Below are positions 19,540 to 29,483 of a DNA stretch of 64,000 bases, piece after piece. The stretch's first letter is position 1. The number at the start of each line of letters is the position of its first letter. Position numbers and translations under genes: made by a program. This stretch comes from Nitrospinales bacterium (lineage in GTDB: Bacteria; Nitrospinota; Nitrospinia; Nitrospinales; VA-1): contig OZ253496.1 in NCBI GenBank assembly GCA_965262115.1, positions 132,447 through 196,446 on the forward strand. The letters are read 5' to 3'. The notes under the pieces are model-generated. The model saw only the letters and a program-made list of their open reading frames with translations. It was not told where the DNA came from and ran no database searches.

Positions 19540-22176
19540 TTGGCTGAAGAAGAACAAAAAAAGGAATATAAAGAAGGGGAATTTGACGAGCATACCTCGT
19601 ACAGCTTCCTCTTTTTTCTGGTCTCAACAGTAACGCTTTTTGTCACGCTTTGGGCGTTCTGGGATGATGAATATGCCCGCCGGGGCTACAAGATTTATCA
19701 GGACCAGTTTCACAAGGAACAATATGCCGTAGCAGAAGCAAACTGGAAAAAGCTCAACGCGGAAATTGAGGAGACTGAGAAGCAAATTATACAAAGCCTG
19801 GCTCAAAGAGAAGGCGAACTGGATTCTTCGGATTCCTATCAGGAACTGGTTGAGGAAGTTCGGCTCAAACAAGTGGCGGTGGATGAGCAGAAAGAACTGC
19901 AAAAGTTTGCCGGTAGCATGGTTGATGAAGCTTATTACTGGTATAAAAAAGCCCTGCATGAGGGGGAAAACTTTGATGTGCAATTAGCCTCTCTTCATTC
20001 CCAGCAAGGCGAGGTGGAATCTTTTAACCCGATTATCGCGGAAAAACAGGCGATATTGCAGGAGGCGGAAAACAGGCTGTTAGAAGTCAAGGCTGATCAG
20101 CTCAGGCTGGATAAAGATCTGGCTCAGCTAACCATGGAACGAAGTAAGTTTGAATTGACCATGGACTATTACAAGCCGTTCCCTTTTTTCTGGAAGCCTG
20201 CGGAAATCCTTCAAACCGTAATTCCGGGCTTTGGCAAAAATGCCTTTAAAGAAATTATTTACCGGGTAGACCGGTGTATGACCTGCCATATTGCGTATCA
20301 GGACGAACATTACAAAGATTTTAAGCAACCTTTAAAGTCCCATCCCAATCTTGATATTCTGATTAAAAAACATCCCCCTGAAGTGACAGGTTGTACCTGG
20401 TGTCATCTGGGGCAGGGAACGGTCACGGCTCCAGCTGAGCATGCTCATGGTTCGCATCATGAAACGGATCAAACGGTTGAAGTCAATGAGCCCATTCTAC
20501 AAGGTGACTATCAGCAGGCAACCTGTAGGAATTGTCATGCTGAAGTGGTCAACTTGGCAGGGGCTCCGCTCTTGTCGAAGGGGAAAAGGCTCTTTATCAA
20601 ACTGGGATGTCATGGTTGCCATTTAGCAGATGGTTATGCCAAAGAGGCTAAGGTAGGCCCCAGGCTATATAGAGTTGCGAACAAGGTTGATCCGAGCTGG
20701 TTATACCGCTGGGTAAAAAAACCCAGGGACTATCTGCCTAAAACCCGAATGCCGGAATTCCAGTTTAATGAAAAAGACGCAATGGCGGTTACGGCTTACC
20801 TTCTTGCGTCTTCGGATAAAGATTATAGTTTGCGTGTGAAGTTTGAATCGGGCGATGCAGAAAAAGGCAAGAAATTATTTGAATCTGTAGGCTGCCAGGG
20901 TTGCCATGAACTCGATGGTAAGGGAGAAACCCATGGACCGGATCTAAGTCGTATTGGTAACAAGGTCAATGCTGATTGGCTGGTGACTTGGATCAGTAGT
21001 CCCCACAGTTATAACCCCACAAGTAAAATGCCTGACCTTCGGTTGGGGGATGAGAAGGCCTCCGACATAGCTTCTTACTTAATCCAGTTCGGCAAAAAAG
21101 AAGTGATTCCCGGACTTGAAGCAAAACTTAAAAATCCCGAGTTGATCAAACACGGGAAGACAATAGTTCGCCGTAGGGGTTGTTTTGCCTGCCATGATAT
21201 CAAGGGAATGGAAAGCGAGGGCCGAATCGCGCCTGAGCTATCCTCCTTTGGCAGAAAAATGATTGTGGAACTGGAGTTTGGTGACACGCATATTTCTCAT
21301 ACCTGGGATTCCTGGGTTAGAACCAAATTGAAAAAACCGGATTCTTTCAAAACCGAACGGGTTTTGGATAAGATGCCCAATTTTCACCTTGCACCGGATG
21401 AAATTGATGCCTTGGTTGTACTCCTGAAGGGTTTTAATGGAACTCAAGTGCCTGTGCAATACCGCAGGATACTTTCTGATAAAGAGGAAATAATTGAAAC
21501 AGGTCGCCGTATAATCACCAAATACAATTGTAAGGCTTGCCACAATGTTGAAGGCGAAGGTGGACGGATTCAGAAATATCTCAAAGCGAAAGCGCAGTAT
21601 CCTCCTCCATTAGATATGGGAGATTATCATGTAGGGGAACGCCTTAAAAGTTCCTGGTTGTATTCATTCTTGAGAGATCCGACACCCGTTAGAACCTGGC
21701 TTAAAGTAAAGATGCCCACTTTCTCTTTTTCCGATAAAGAAGTGAGGGATCTGACGGCCTATTTTGAAGCGTTGTCTCCCGCTAGTGGTTATGAGGCCGG
21801 TGTTCATAAAAATAAAGATGATGCCGTGGCGCAAAAAGGCGCTGAAATGGTCAACTACATGGATTGTGGCCGTTGCCATGATGAGGGGGAAAAAGGCATT
21901 GAGTTTTCACTGGCCAGCCAAAGGCTTCGCTCTAACTGGATTCCAAAATGGCTCAAAAATACCCGGGAAATGATCCCTTGGACTAAGATGCCTTCGCATT
22001 GGGTTAAGAAAGGGGATAAATACACGGTTCCAACCAAGTACAGCGAGATTGAAACGGTCGGTGATGTGGATACCCAGGTAAATACAGTGGCAGACTTGAT
22101 TGTTGCCTATAATACCGCCGAACTGGACTTTGACTTGAGTCTGGGTGAAGGCGATGGAGAAGAGGACGAAGAATAA
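19540..22176 (+). CDS. Membrane-anchored multihaem c-type cytochrome (eight CxxCH motifs)
   Basis: CMTCH, CTWCH, CRNCH, CHGCH, CQGCH, CFACH, CKACH, CGRCH. N-terminal TM helix followed by a long coiled-coil-like segment. TTG start. Confidence 0.85.
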   Translation: MAEEEQKKEYKEGEFDEHTSYSFLFFLVSTVTLFVTLWAFWDDEYARRGYKIYQDQFHKEQYAVAEANWKKLNAEIEETEKQIIQSLAQREGELDSSDSYQELVEEVRLKQVAVDEQKELQKFAGSMVDEAYYWYKKALHEGENFDVQLASLHSQQGEVESFNPIIAEKQAILQEAENRLLEVKADQLRLDKDLAQLTMERSKFELTMDYYKPFPFFWKPAEILQTVIPGFGKNAFKEIIYRVDRCMTCHIAYQDEHYKDFKQPLKSHPNLDILIKKHPPEVTGCTWCHLGQGTVTAPAEHAHGSHHETDQTVEVNEPILQGDYQQATCRNCHAEVVNLAGAPLLSKGKRLFIKLGCHGCHLADGYAKEAKVGPRLYRVANKVDPSWLYRWVKKPRDYLPKTRMPEFQFNEKDAMAVTAYLLASSDKDYSLRVKFESGDAEKGKKLFESVGCQGCHELDGKGETHGPDLSRIGNKVNADWLVTWISSPHSYNPTSKMPDLRLGDEKASDIASYLIQFGKKEVIPGLEAKLKNPELIKHGKTIVRRRGCFACHDIKGMESEGRIAPELSSFGRKMIVELEFGDTHISHTWDSWVRTKLKKPDSFKTERVLDKMPNFHLAPDEIDALVVLLKGFNGTQVPVQYRRILSDKEEIIETGRRIITKYNCKACHNVEGEGGRIQKYLKAKAQYPPPLDMGDYHVGERLKSSWLYSFLRDPTPVRTWLKVKMPTFSFSDKEVRDLTAYFEALSPASGYEAGVHKNKDDAVAQKGAEMVNYMDCGRCHDEGEKGIEFSLASQRLRSNWIPKWLKNTREMIPWTKMPSHWVKKGDKYTVPTKYSEIETVGDVDTQVNTVADLIVAYNTAELDFDLSLGEGDGEEDEE

Positions 22177-22238
22177 ACTTGCTCCACCTGCCAAAGATAT
22201 CATATTATTAATCATTAACAATCAATTGAGCGTATAAA

Positions 22239-22421
22239 ATGGAAAACTCAGGACTCGAAAACTTTCTTTTAATCGCGACCAAACCGGATAATATTCCCAT
22301 CGGAACTATGTTGCTGTTTGTGGGTTGGGTATTCTGGGTTGCTATTAGTCAGATGATCAAAAATGACCGTTGGATAAAAGAAGGTAAAAAAGAAAAAATT
22401 TGGGATGAAATGATAAAATAA
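22239..22421 (+). CDS. Small hypothetical membrane protein
   Basis: 60-aa ORF with one hydrophobic helix, abuts the next gene. Confidence 0.4.
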   Translation: MENSGLENFLLIATKPDNIPIGTMLLFVGWVFWVAISQMIKNDRWIKEGKKEKIWDEMIK

Positions 22422-22922
22422 GTGGCCATTTTCGGGATTATATTCTTAGCGTTTTTTATTGGTATCATCCTGATTTTTTTATTGAAGAAAACCTCGCCTC
22501 CCGCTCCACAAGAACAAATCCATTTCGACAGTCCTTCGGACGTCCCTGCCTACCTCACCGATAGAGACGCTTTCAAATCAAAGTGCGTTGAATTCATGGA
22601 AAAATTCAATCTTGAATATGTGCATTCTGTTTGGGCAGATGATCATGAGTTGGAAATTGCCATGAACGATGAAACGCCTGTTGTCGGTGGCAGTTATATC
22701 GCCCTTTGTATTATTGACCCCCCTGGCAAAACGGTCAATGCAATGAAGGTTAAAGGTTTTCTGGATACGGTGAAGGGGGAGGGCGCGTCACGGGGAATTT
22801 TGATCACCACAGGATACTTTTCCAATGAAGCGATTAATTTGATTGAGGAGGAGCCTGTTGAGCTGGTAAATGTGGTTTCATTTTTATCCTACCTGAAGAA
22901 ATTTGATATTTACGAAAATTGA
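22422..22922 (+). CDS. Membrane-anchored Mrr_cat-like (restriction-endonuclease fold) domain protein
   Basis: N-terminal TM helix. C-terminal GASRGILITTGYFSNEAINL...VELV resembles the Mrr catalytic domain, but the (E/Q)xK position reads ALCIID and may be degenerate. Confidence 0.5.
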   Translation: MAIFGIIFLAFFIGIILIFLLKKTSPPAPQEQIHFDSPSDVPAYLTDRDAFKSKCVEFMEKFNLEYVHSVWADDHELEIAMNDETPVVGGSYIALCIIDPPGKTVNAMKVKGFLDTVKGEGASRGILITTGYFSNEAINLIEEEPVELVNVVSFLSYLKKFDIYEN

Positions 22923-23006
22923 CCCGACCCATCCTGACCGGCGTACCGTCTGGGGCAAATTGCAATTGCCTGCCTCGCTAGAGGCGCCTTGTGCTATTAT
23001 CGGGCC

Positions 23007-23876
23007 ATGAAAATAAATGAAAAACTAAACTCATCATCCCCCGTTTTTTCTTTTGAATTTTTCCCTCCTAAAGATTCCGAGGGTTTTGCAACATTATATG
23101 AAACGATTGGCCAGTTAAAACCTGCTGCTCCGGGTTTTGTATCCGTGACATATGGGGCGGGAGGGAGTACACGTTCTAAAACCGTTGATCTGGTTGGAAA
23201 AATAAAAAATGACATTGGTATTGAGAGCATGGCCCACCTGACCTGTGTTGGGCATGACCAGCAGGAAATCCGTTCGGTGCTTGAAAGTTTGCAGGCTCAA
23301 AATATTGAGAATGTCCTTGCGCTAAGGGGCGACCCCCATCAGGGAGAGGAGACATTTGTAAAAACAGACAGCGGTTTTGAATTTGGCAATGAGCTTGTGG
23401 CCTTTATAAAAAAAAAATTTTCATTTTGTATTGGTGCGGCCTGCTACCCTGAAGGGCATGTGGAATGTAAGGACCTTGATAAGGATATTGAAAATTTAAA
23501 GCGAAAAGTTGACAGTGGGGTGGATTTCCTTGTCACCCAGTTGTTTTTTGATAACCGCTACTACTTTGAATTTTTGGATAGAGCGCAAAAGGAAAATATC
23601 AATGTTCCTGTGATTCCTGGAATCATGCCCATTTTAAACCTCAAGCAGATACAGCGATTTACCAAAATGTGCGGGGCGAGTCTTTCCCCGTCTTTAATGG
23701 CTAAATTTGAAGGGGTTCAGGATGATAAAGAAAAGGTTCGGCAGATAGGTATTGAGCATGCCATTGAACAGTGCAGGGAATTGTTGGAGAACAAGGCCCC
23801 CGGTATTCACTTTTATACTTTAAATCGATCTAAGGCAACACTGACCATATTGGGGGCACTTAGAGAATTCGCGTGA
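23007..23876 (+). CDS. metF: 5,10-methylenetetrahydrofolate reductase
   Basis: FSFEFFPPK, VTYGAGGSTR, HLTCVG, LALRGD, AAYPEGH-like ACYPEGH, VTQLFFD, GIHFYTLN. Confidence 0.93.
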   Translation: MKINEKLNSSSPVFSFEFFPPKDSEGFATLYETIGQLKPAAPGFVSVTYGAGGSTRSKTVDLVGKIKNDIGIESMAHLTCVGHDQQEIRSVLESLQAQNIENVLALRGDPHQGEETFVKTDSGFEFGNELVAFIKKKFSFCIGAACYPEGHVECKDLDKDIENLKRKVDSGVDFLVTQLFFDNRYYFEFLDRAQKENINVPVIPGIMPILNLKQIQRFTKMCGASLSPSLMAKFEGVQDDKEKVRQIGIEHAIEQCRELLENKAPGIHFYTLNRSKATLTILGALREFA

Positions 23877-24655
23877 GTTTCCCGAAGCTTACTTATATTG
23901 CTGGATTATTGAAGCGCTTGTGCGTGGGTGTCCTTTTTATTGTCTGCACTCAGCCTGCCTTTGGACAAGAACCCGTTATTACGGAAAATATGGTTCTGAT
24001 TCCAGGGGGCACGTTCAAAAGGGGTTGTGACCGTTTTGGACCGCAACATGGGGCCCCGGAGCAGAAGGTTCACCTGGATGCGTTTTGGATCGATAAGTTT
24101 GAGATCACCAACAAAAATTTTGAAAAATTATTTCAGGAACATTATCTGCGCCGCAGTATTTTTTCCGATTGTGACAACTGCCCGGTTTCAAAAGTCAGTT
24201 GGTATGAAGCAGCGGACTACTGCCACTTGATTGGCAAGGCGCTCCCCAGTGAAGCTCAATGGGAAAGAGCGGCGGGCAATGGGGATGGCTGCCAATTCTC
24301 CTGGGGTGAAGGATTAGATCTAATGAATCCTCCTGCCAGAGGAGGGCTGAAGTTGAACGATAAAGCTTTCCCGGTCGGGTCTTTTCCTGCCAACTCGAAC
24401 GGACTTCATGACATGGCCGGGAATGTCTGGGAATGGGTTGCGGACTGGTTTTCGGTCAAGTTTTATTATACCGATATCCTTCATAATCCCAGAGGGCCAA
24501 CACGAGGAGTTATGAAGGTTAGAAGAGGCGGTTCGTGGTCAGACTCGGTGGTGGCGATGGCATCGGGCTATCGGGATTGGAGCTATCCCGTGTCGCGTGG
24601 CTTCAATGATATCGGTTTTCGCTGTGCCCTCAACTTAAAGCACGAGAGAAATTGA
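23873..24655 (+). CDS. Secreted formylglycine-generating-enzyme family (SUMF1/EgtB/PvdO) domain protein
   Basis: Signal peptide. MVLIPGGTF, FWIDKFEITN, VSWYEAADYC, AGNVWEWV, RGGSW, GFRCA. Confidence 0.85.
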   Translation: MSFPKLTYIAGLLKRLCVGVLFIVCTQPAFGQEPVITENMVLIPGGTFKRGCDRFGPQHGAPEQKVHLDAFWIDKFEITNKNFEKLFQEHYLRRSIFSDCDNCPVSKVSWYEAADYCHLIGKALPSEAQWERAAGNGDGCQFSWGEGLDLMNPPARGGLKLNDKAFPVGSFPANSNGLHDMAGNVWEWVADWFSVKFYYTDILHNPRGPTRGVMKVRRGGSWSDSVVAMASGYRDWSYPVSRGFNDIGFRCALNLKHERN

Positions 24656-24657
24656 AT

Positions 24658-25386
24658 ATGATCACCAAGGTCAAGCTGGATTATATTAATCGACTTATCG
24701 ATGAGTGCCTCGACGGCGAGGCATTGGAATTGAATGGCAAATTTATGGGGGATGAGGGGGTTGAAGCTCTGGTCCAAACAAACCGTATCTTTGAAGTGGA
24801 GAACCTGGACCTTTCCAGGAATAAACTGACTTGGCGCGGCGCCCACCATTTATTTCACTGTCACCTGTTTAAAAAATTAAAGCGGCTGTATCTTGGGGAA
24901 AACAATATTTCAGATAAAGGGGTTAAGGAGTTGCCATCGGCTGATTTTGCGGGAAACCTCTCGCTCCTCGATTTGCGTTACAACAATATTGGACCTGAGG
25001 GCGGGTTGGCCGTTGTGCAATCAGAAAAGTTTAGAAAACTGCAGGTCTTGATTTTTCAGGAAAATCCTGTCGGCGATGAAACCTTGATAACGCTGGCGAA
25101 AGCTCCTACTTTTGCAAATTTGAGAAAATTAAATTTTTATCGAACGGAAATTACCCCGAAAGGTATTAAGACTCTAGCTAAATCGAAAGTGTTTCAAAGG
25201 GTTAAACATTTCAATCTGGCGCGAAATTATCTGTATTTGGAATCGGCCAAACTTCTGGCCAACACTAAAACCTTGACCAATATTGAAAGCCTGCTGTTGT
25301 TCGACACTGGAATAAGGGATGATGGGGCTAAATTGATCACGGAATCTGAAGCCTTTGCCAAGTTGAAAAATTTGCGGATTACGTGA
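24658..25386 (+). CDS. Cytoplasmic RNI-type leucine-rich-repeat protein
   Basis: About 28-residue repeats (L.L..N.IGDEG...LA). No signal peptide. The start overlaps/abuts the stop of the FGE-like gene (TTG 24652 or ATG 24658). Confidence 0.8.
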   Translation: MITKVKLDYINRLIDECLDGEALELNGKFMGDEGVEALVQTNRIFEVENLDLSRNKLTWRGAHHLFHCHLFKKLKRLYLGENNISDKGVKELPSADFAGNLSLLDLRYNNIGPEGGLAVVQSEKFRKLQVLIFQENPVGDETLITLAKAPTFANLRKLNFYRTEITPKGIKTLAKSKVFQRVKHFNLARNYLYLESAKLLANTKTLTNIESLLLFDTGIRDDGAKLITESEAFAKLKNLRIT

Positions 25387-25464
25387 CCGATGCACAGCCC
25401 CGCAGGGGTAAATCTCGGGGTTATGCAAAGGTCTCTCTTTGAGAAAAAGGCGAAAGCAGGAATT

Positions 25465-25502
25465 TCCCCTCCCTTCATAGGGAGGGGTTAGGGGAGGGTT
25501 GG
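25465..25502 (+). repeat. REP-like hairpin plus G-tract element, copy A
   Basis: TCCCCTCCCTTCATAGGGAGGGGTTAGGGGAGGGTTGG. CCCTCCC/GGGAGGG stem followed by a second GGGAGGG. Related copies at 25526..25573, 51027..51066, 52291..52328. Confidence 0.75.
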
Positions 25503-25525
25503 ATTATGAATTCCGTAAAAATAAT

Positions 25526-25573
25526 CCACACCCCTCCGCGGCTACGCCTTGCCTCCCCTCATGAGAGGGGAGG
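25526..25573 (-). repeat. REP-like hairpin plus G-tract element, copy A' (inverted, more diverged)
   Basis: Minus-strand reading CCTCCCCTCTCATGAGGGGAGG...GGAGGGGTGTGG. Forms an imperfect palindrome with copy A. Confidence 0.6.
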
Positions 25574-25581
25574 ATCAATCT

Positions 25582-28500
25582 TTAAAACCGGATGTCGCCT
25601 TTCAGCATGATGGCGTGATCAGCGGTGCTGCTGTTACTCTCTCTGCGCTCACCGGTCAGGTTCAGGTCAAACAACGCATCAATTTCCCATCTCATCCCCA
25701 GGCGGTAACTCCGGGAAGAGCCGCCCAAGGTCATCTCACTCCAGGGAGTCAGCAGTCCTCGTCTGCCGGGAGCGGTCAGCCCGTAACCAAGACGCACGTC
25801 CATCCGCGCGCCGTAATCCCGGCTGGTCTCGTCGCGCAGTCTCTGCTGCCATAGTTTTTGCGTGCCACTGTCTGCACTGCCGTAGCCGGGACTCAGGCTG
25901 AACGACAGTCCCCGCCCGTTTCTGCTCTGCTCCAGGAGAATCAGGCCGGAAACGCCCCATTCCTCATAATTGTCCCGTCCCACCAGAGTCCGCGCCCTGC
26001 CTTCCAGAGTCAGGCCGACGATCGGATCGGTGTAGCGGAAACCGGCACCCAGCTCGGCCCCGAAACCGGTCTCGCCGTCGCCGCCGTCATACCGTACTCC
26101 GACCTCCAGGCTCGGCTCCACATAAGCCCCGTCAGACAACATGTGCTTATGGGCCCCTTCCCAGGCCATCCGAAACAGGCTGGCCTCCACATCCAGTGCT
26201 TCTATACCATCGTTGCCCTCCACTTCCAGCTCGGTCAGCAGGGCTGAACCCTTGAGCCGGAACGTGGTCGATCCCACCCGCGGCAGCTGATAATCACCGC
26301 CCGCGCTCACAGTCCGCGTCTCGACATCGCTCGCTACCCGGCCCTGACCGTCATCGGTGATCTCAAGATCACCCCAGCCGTAGCCGACAGTGGCCCACAG
26401 GTCCAGTTGTCCGGCCAGAGCCTCCCAGTTCACATAAGGGTGGACGCTGGTGAGGTCCAGCTTGTGACCGCCGCTCAGGTCGAGGCCTCCTCTGTAGTCA
26501 AGATCACTCTGGCTCCAGGACACTGCCAGACCGACCAGCAGGTCGTCACGCGGCTGGGCGTCCAGTCCCATATGGGCACTGAACAGGTCGCCGTCGAAGT
26601 CCACGCTCCCGCCGGAACCGTTGAAGTTTCTATAGCCGCCCCCGCCCCATAAAGTCAGGGAGGACAGGACTCCGCCGCCCATGCCGTCCACATTATTCAG
26701 CGGCAACACGAAATCAGAGTTGCCCAGCACATCCTTAAGACTCAGCGTACCATCGGCGATGGCCTGCCCGTGGGCAGATGCCGCCCCGGCCAATGTGGAC
26801 TGCCCGGCGATAGTGACCGACCGGGTGCTACCGCCGCTCCTGGGGAGAACCCGACAACGTCACCGTGAAGGTGGCGTCAGCGCCTTCGGCCACGCTGCTG
26901 TCCGGCCCTGAGATCGACACCGTCGCCGCGTTATTGACATTGGTCACGGTGAGATCAAAGGCCGGCAAGGCCACCGGCGCGGCGATGTTGTCCGTGACGC
27001 TGATCACAATCCACGTGGTGGTGATGCCGGCATCATCGTTGCCCGGTGTGCCGGTCAGGGCACCCGTGGTATCGTCAAACCTGGCCCAGGAGGGCATTCT
27101 GTTGATCGAATAGGTCAGGGTGTCGCCGTCAATATCCTCGCCCGTGGGCATGAAGCTGTAGGCCTCACCCTGAGCCACCGTGACTGCCGGCGTGCCCGTG
27201 ATCGTCGGCGCGTCATTCTGGGCGGTGATGGTGAGGGTTGCCTGGGCGTATCCTCTGCTGTGGTGATCGCCGCACCGTCTGTGGTCGGCGCCTGGTTGGG
27301 GGCCAAAACCGTGATGGTGAAACTCAGGGTATCCGTGCGGCCACCTCTATCCGTGACGGTGTAGATCATATCAGACACGTCGACCACGGTCGGCGTACCA
27401 GACAAGGTACGGGTGCCTGGCTCAAAACTCAGCCCGTCCGGCACCGGGGCCAGCGCGTAAGTTTGGCCCCGGCCGAGTGCGGCGGGCAACACCAGATCGT
27501 CTATCGTCATGCCTACGGTATAGGTCTGGTTAGCCACTATCTCCTGGAATAACGGTCTGATGCGTATGCTGACGGTGTCTGGGGCGGAACTCAGCATCTG
27601 TTCGTCAGTGACGGTCAGGCTGAAGGTCAACTCGGACAAGGACGTATCTGCCGGCACGGTGAAGGTCGGTCTGACACCAGTCAGGCTGATGGCCTCCTCG
27701 CCCGCTGGAATCCTGCCGGTCTGCATCCACAGATAGGTGAGATTCTCGGCCTCGCCATCGGGATCAGAACTGCCGTTGCCGTCCAAGGTAACTTCAGCCC
27801 CCCTGGCTACACTCTGATTTGGTCCGGCATTGGCAATGGGGGGCTCCGCCGAACTGACGCTGATGGTGAAACTCCGGGTATCCGTGTTGCCACCCAGATC
27901 AGTCACCGTCAGTGTCAGGGTGATCTCACCCGAGGTCAAGGGCGCAGTCCAGATGGTGCTGGCCGCGCTCGCATCGGCAAACTGACCCACATCGGGCATT
28001 GCACTCCAGGCATAGAGCTCAACACATCGCGTGGGTCAGGATCGCTGCTACCAGAGCCATCCAGCGTAACGCTGCCACCGGCGTTGCGCGACTTGATCCG
28101 GTAGGTGTAGGCCAGCCCCGGCGCGGCGGTGTCATCGGTGTAGCTCAACAGTGTCAGGTTGTCGGAGTGGAGGGGTTGAAAATCCTCCGCCTCACCCAGA
28201 CTACGAGACACCCGGTAACCGGTAAAGGTAAAACCTGTGGTTTCCGGGCTTGCCCAGGTCAGGACAACGACACCATTCTGCTCGACGGCAGTCAGATTTT
28301 GTACCGCACTCGGTGGCGTAACGGGAAACCCGCCCACAATAGCAGTAACCGCGTCGGACCACGCTCCTCTCAGCTCACCGTTGAGCGCCCGTACCCGGTA
28401 GGTGTACATCCCACTTCCCACAGCATCAGAGAGGATCTCGCCAAAACGGGCAGAGATGGCGCTGTGAATCCCGCTACCAAAAGTACCGCCGTCAGAAGCA

Positions 28501-29469
28501 CTGCCGGCGCGGCGCTGGATCTCGTAGCCGGTGATAGTCCCTGTCGGTCTCTCCCAGCGTAGTTCGACAACACGATCCGTTTGTCTGCTGGCCTGCACAC
28601 CGGTCACCTGGGGCGGGGGTATCAGGATCAGGGTCGACGGTGATGCTGACCTCTGCGGTATCCGTGCCGCTAGTATTGTGCGCGGTAATGGTGTAGACGA
28701 CCGCTATAGCCGCAGCAGTGGGCGTACCGGAGATGGCACCAGTGTCAGTGTCGAATATCAGGCCATTGCCAATGGCCGGACTGATGCTGTAACGCGCTAC
28801 CGTACCGCACGCACTTGAATCTATGGTTACCGCCGTGATTCTGTCGCCTGCTACTGCGGTAAACATGCTGGTGCTGGCCATGATGACCGGAGTAGCTAAA
28901 AGGGTGACACCCGGATCCAATTTGGGGTTTGTGGAGGCGGGTAGATCGGAAAATATTTCAGCAGGCAGGATAGTGAACGGGTTCCTACGCAAATCCAGGG
29001 TTGTCAACGCAGACAGGCCGGAAAACACCTCCTCTGGCAGGGTGGTAAATTGGTTGCTACGCAAATCCAGATCTGTCAACGTGGATAGGCCGGAAAACAC
29101 CTCCTCTGGCAGGGTCTCTAGTCGGCTGTCGTCAAAGCGCAGGGTTGTCAACGCAGACAGGCCATCAAAGTCGCCTGCTTTCAGGCTGGTAATCGACTGG
29201 CCATTTAAGTTTAAGCTCATAATGGCCGCCAGATGTGCGGCAGTGATGTCGGCGCAGTCGCCTATGTCGTCTGTGGCGGCGACAATGGCATCGTGAACCT
29301 GTGCAGTGCGCGTGCATATTCCAGTCGTTACATCGTTATGGTCAGCATCAGCCGACTGCACAATAAACAGCAGGGCGAGGAGCGTTGCGGCAAAAACCCG
29401 GATCAGGGACAGACATGAAGCCAGGAAACAACGAGGGACTTTCTTCGGCGGCACGGGGTTTCTCACCAT
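25582..29469 (-). pseudogene. Frameshifted large autotransporter adhesin (signal peptide, LRR, Ig-like/He_PIG, FN3, PKD-like, cadherin-like, Calx-beta-like, C-terminal beta-barrel)
   Basis: Five consecutive minus-strand ORF pieces (28492..29589, 27936..28607, 27115..27999, 26828..27178, 25582..26793) in frames 0/2/0/1/0 whose domains continue across the junctions. The last piece has autotransporter beta-domain character and ends ...MLKGDIRF. GC content is far above the flanks. Confidence 0.75.
28985..29200 (-). repeat. Three tandem 72-bp units encoding 24-residue LRRs
   Basis: Units 28985..29056, 29057..29128, 29129..29200. The first two share long identical runs (GGCCGGAAAACACCTCCTCTGGCAGGGT). 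Confidence 0.8.
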
Positions 29470-29483
29470 ACCGTTGCGGCCAA

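Noticed and set aside
22923-23006. Possible SAM/SAH-type riboswitch upstream of metF
   Set aside because: Only a small GGCAA/TTGCC hairpin is evident. I could not match any known SAM, SAH or THF riboswitch consensus by eye, and the region is only 84 nt.
28985-29200. Regularly spaced repeats that could superficially suggest a CRISPR array
   Set aside because: The units are contiguous 72-bp coding repeats (24-residue LRRs) with no unique spacers. No cas genes are present in the window.
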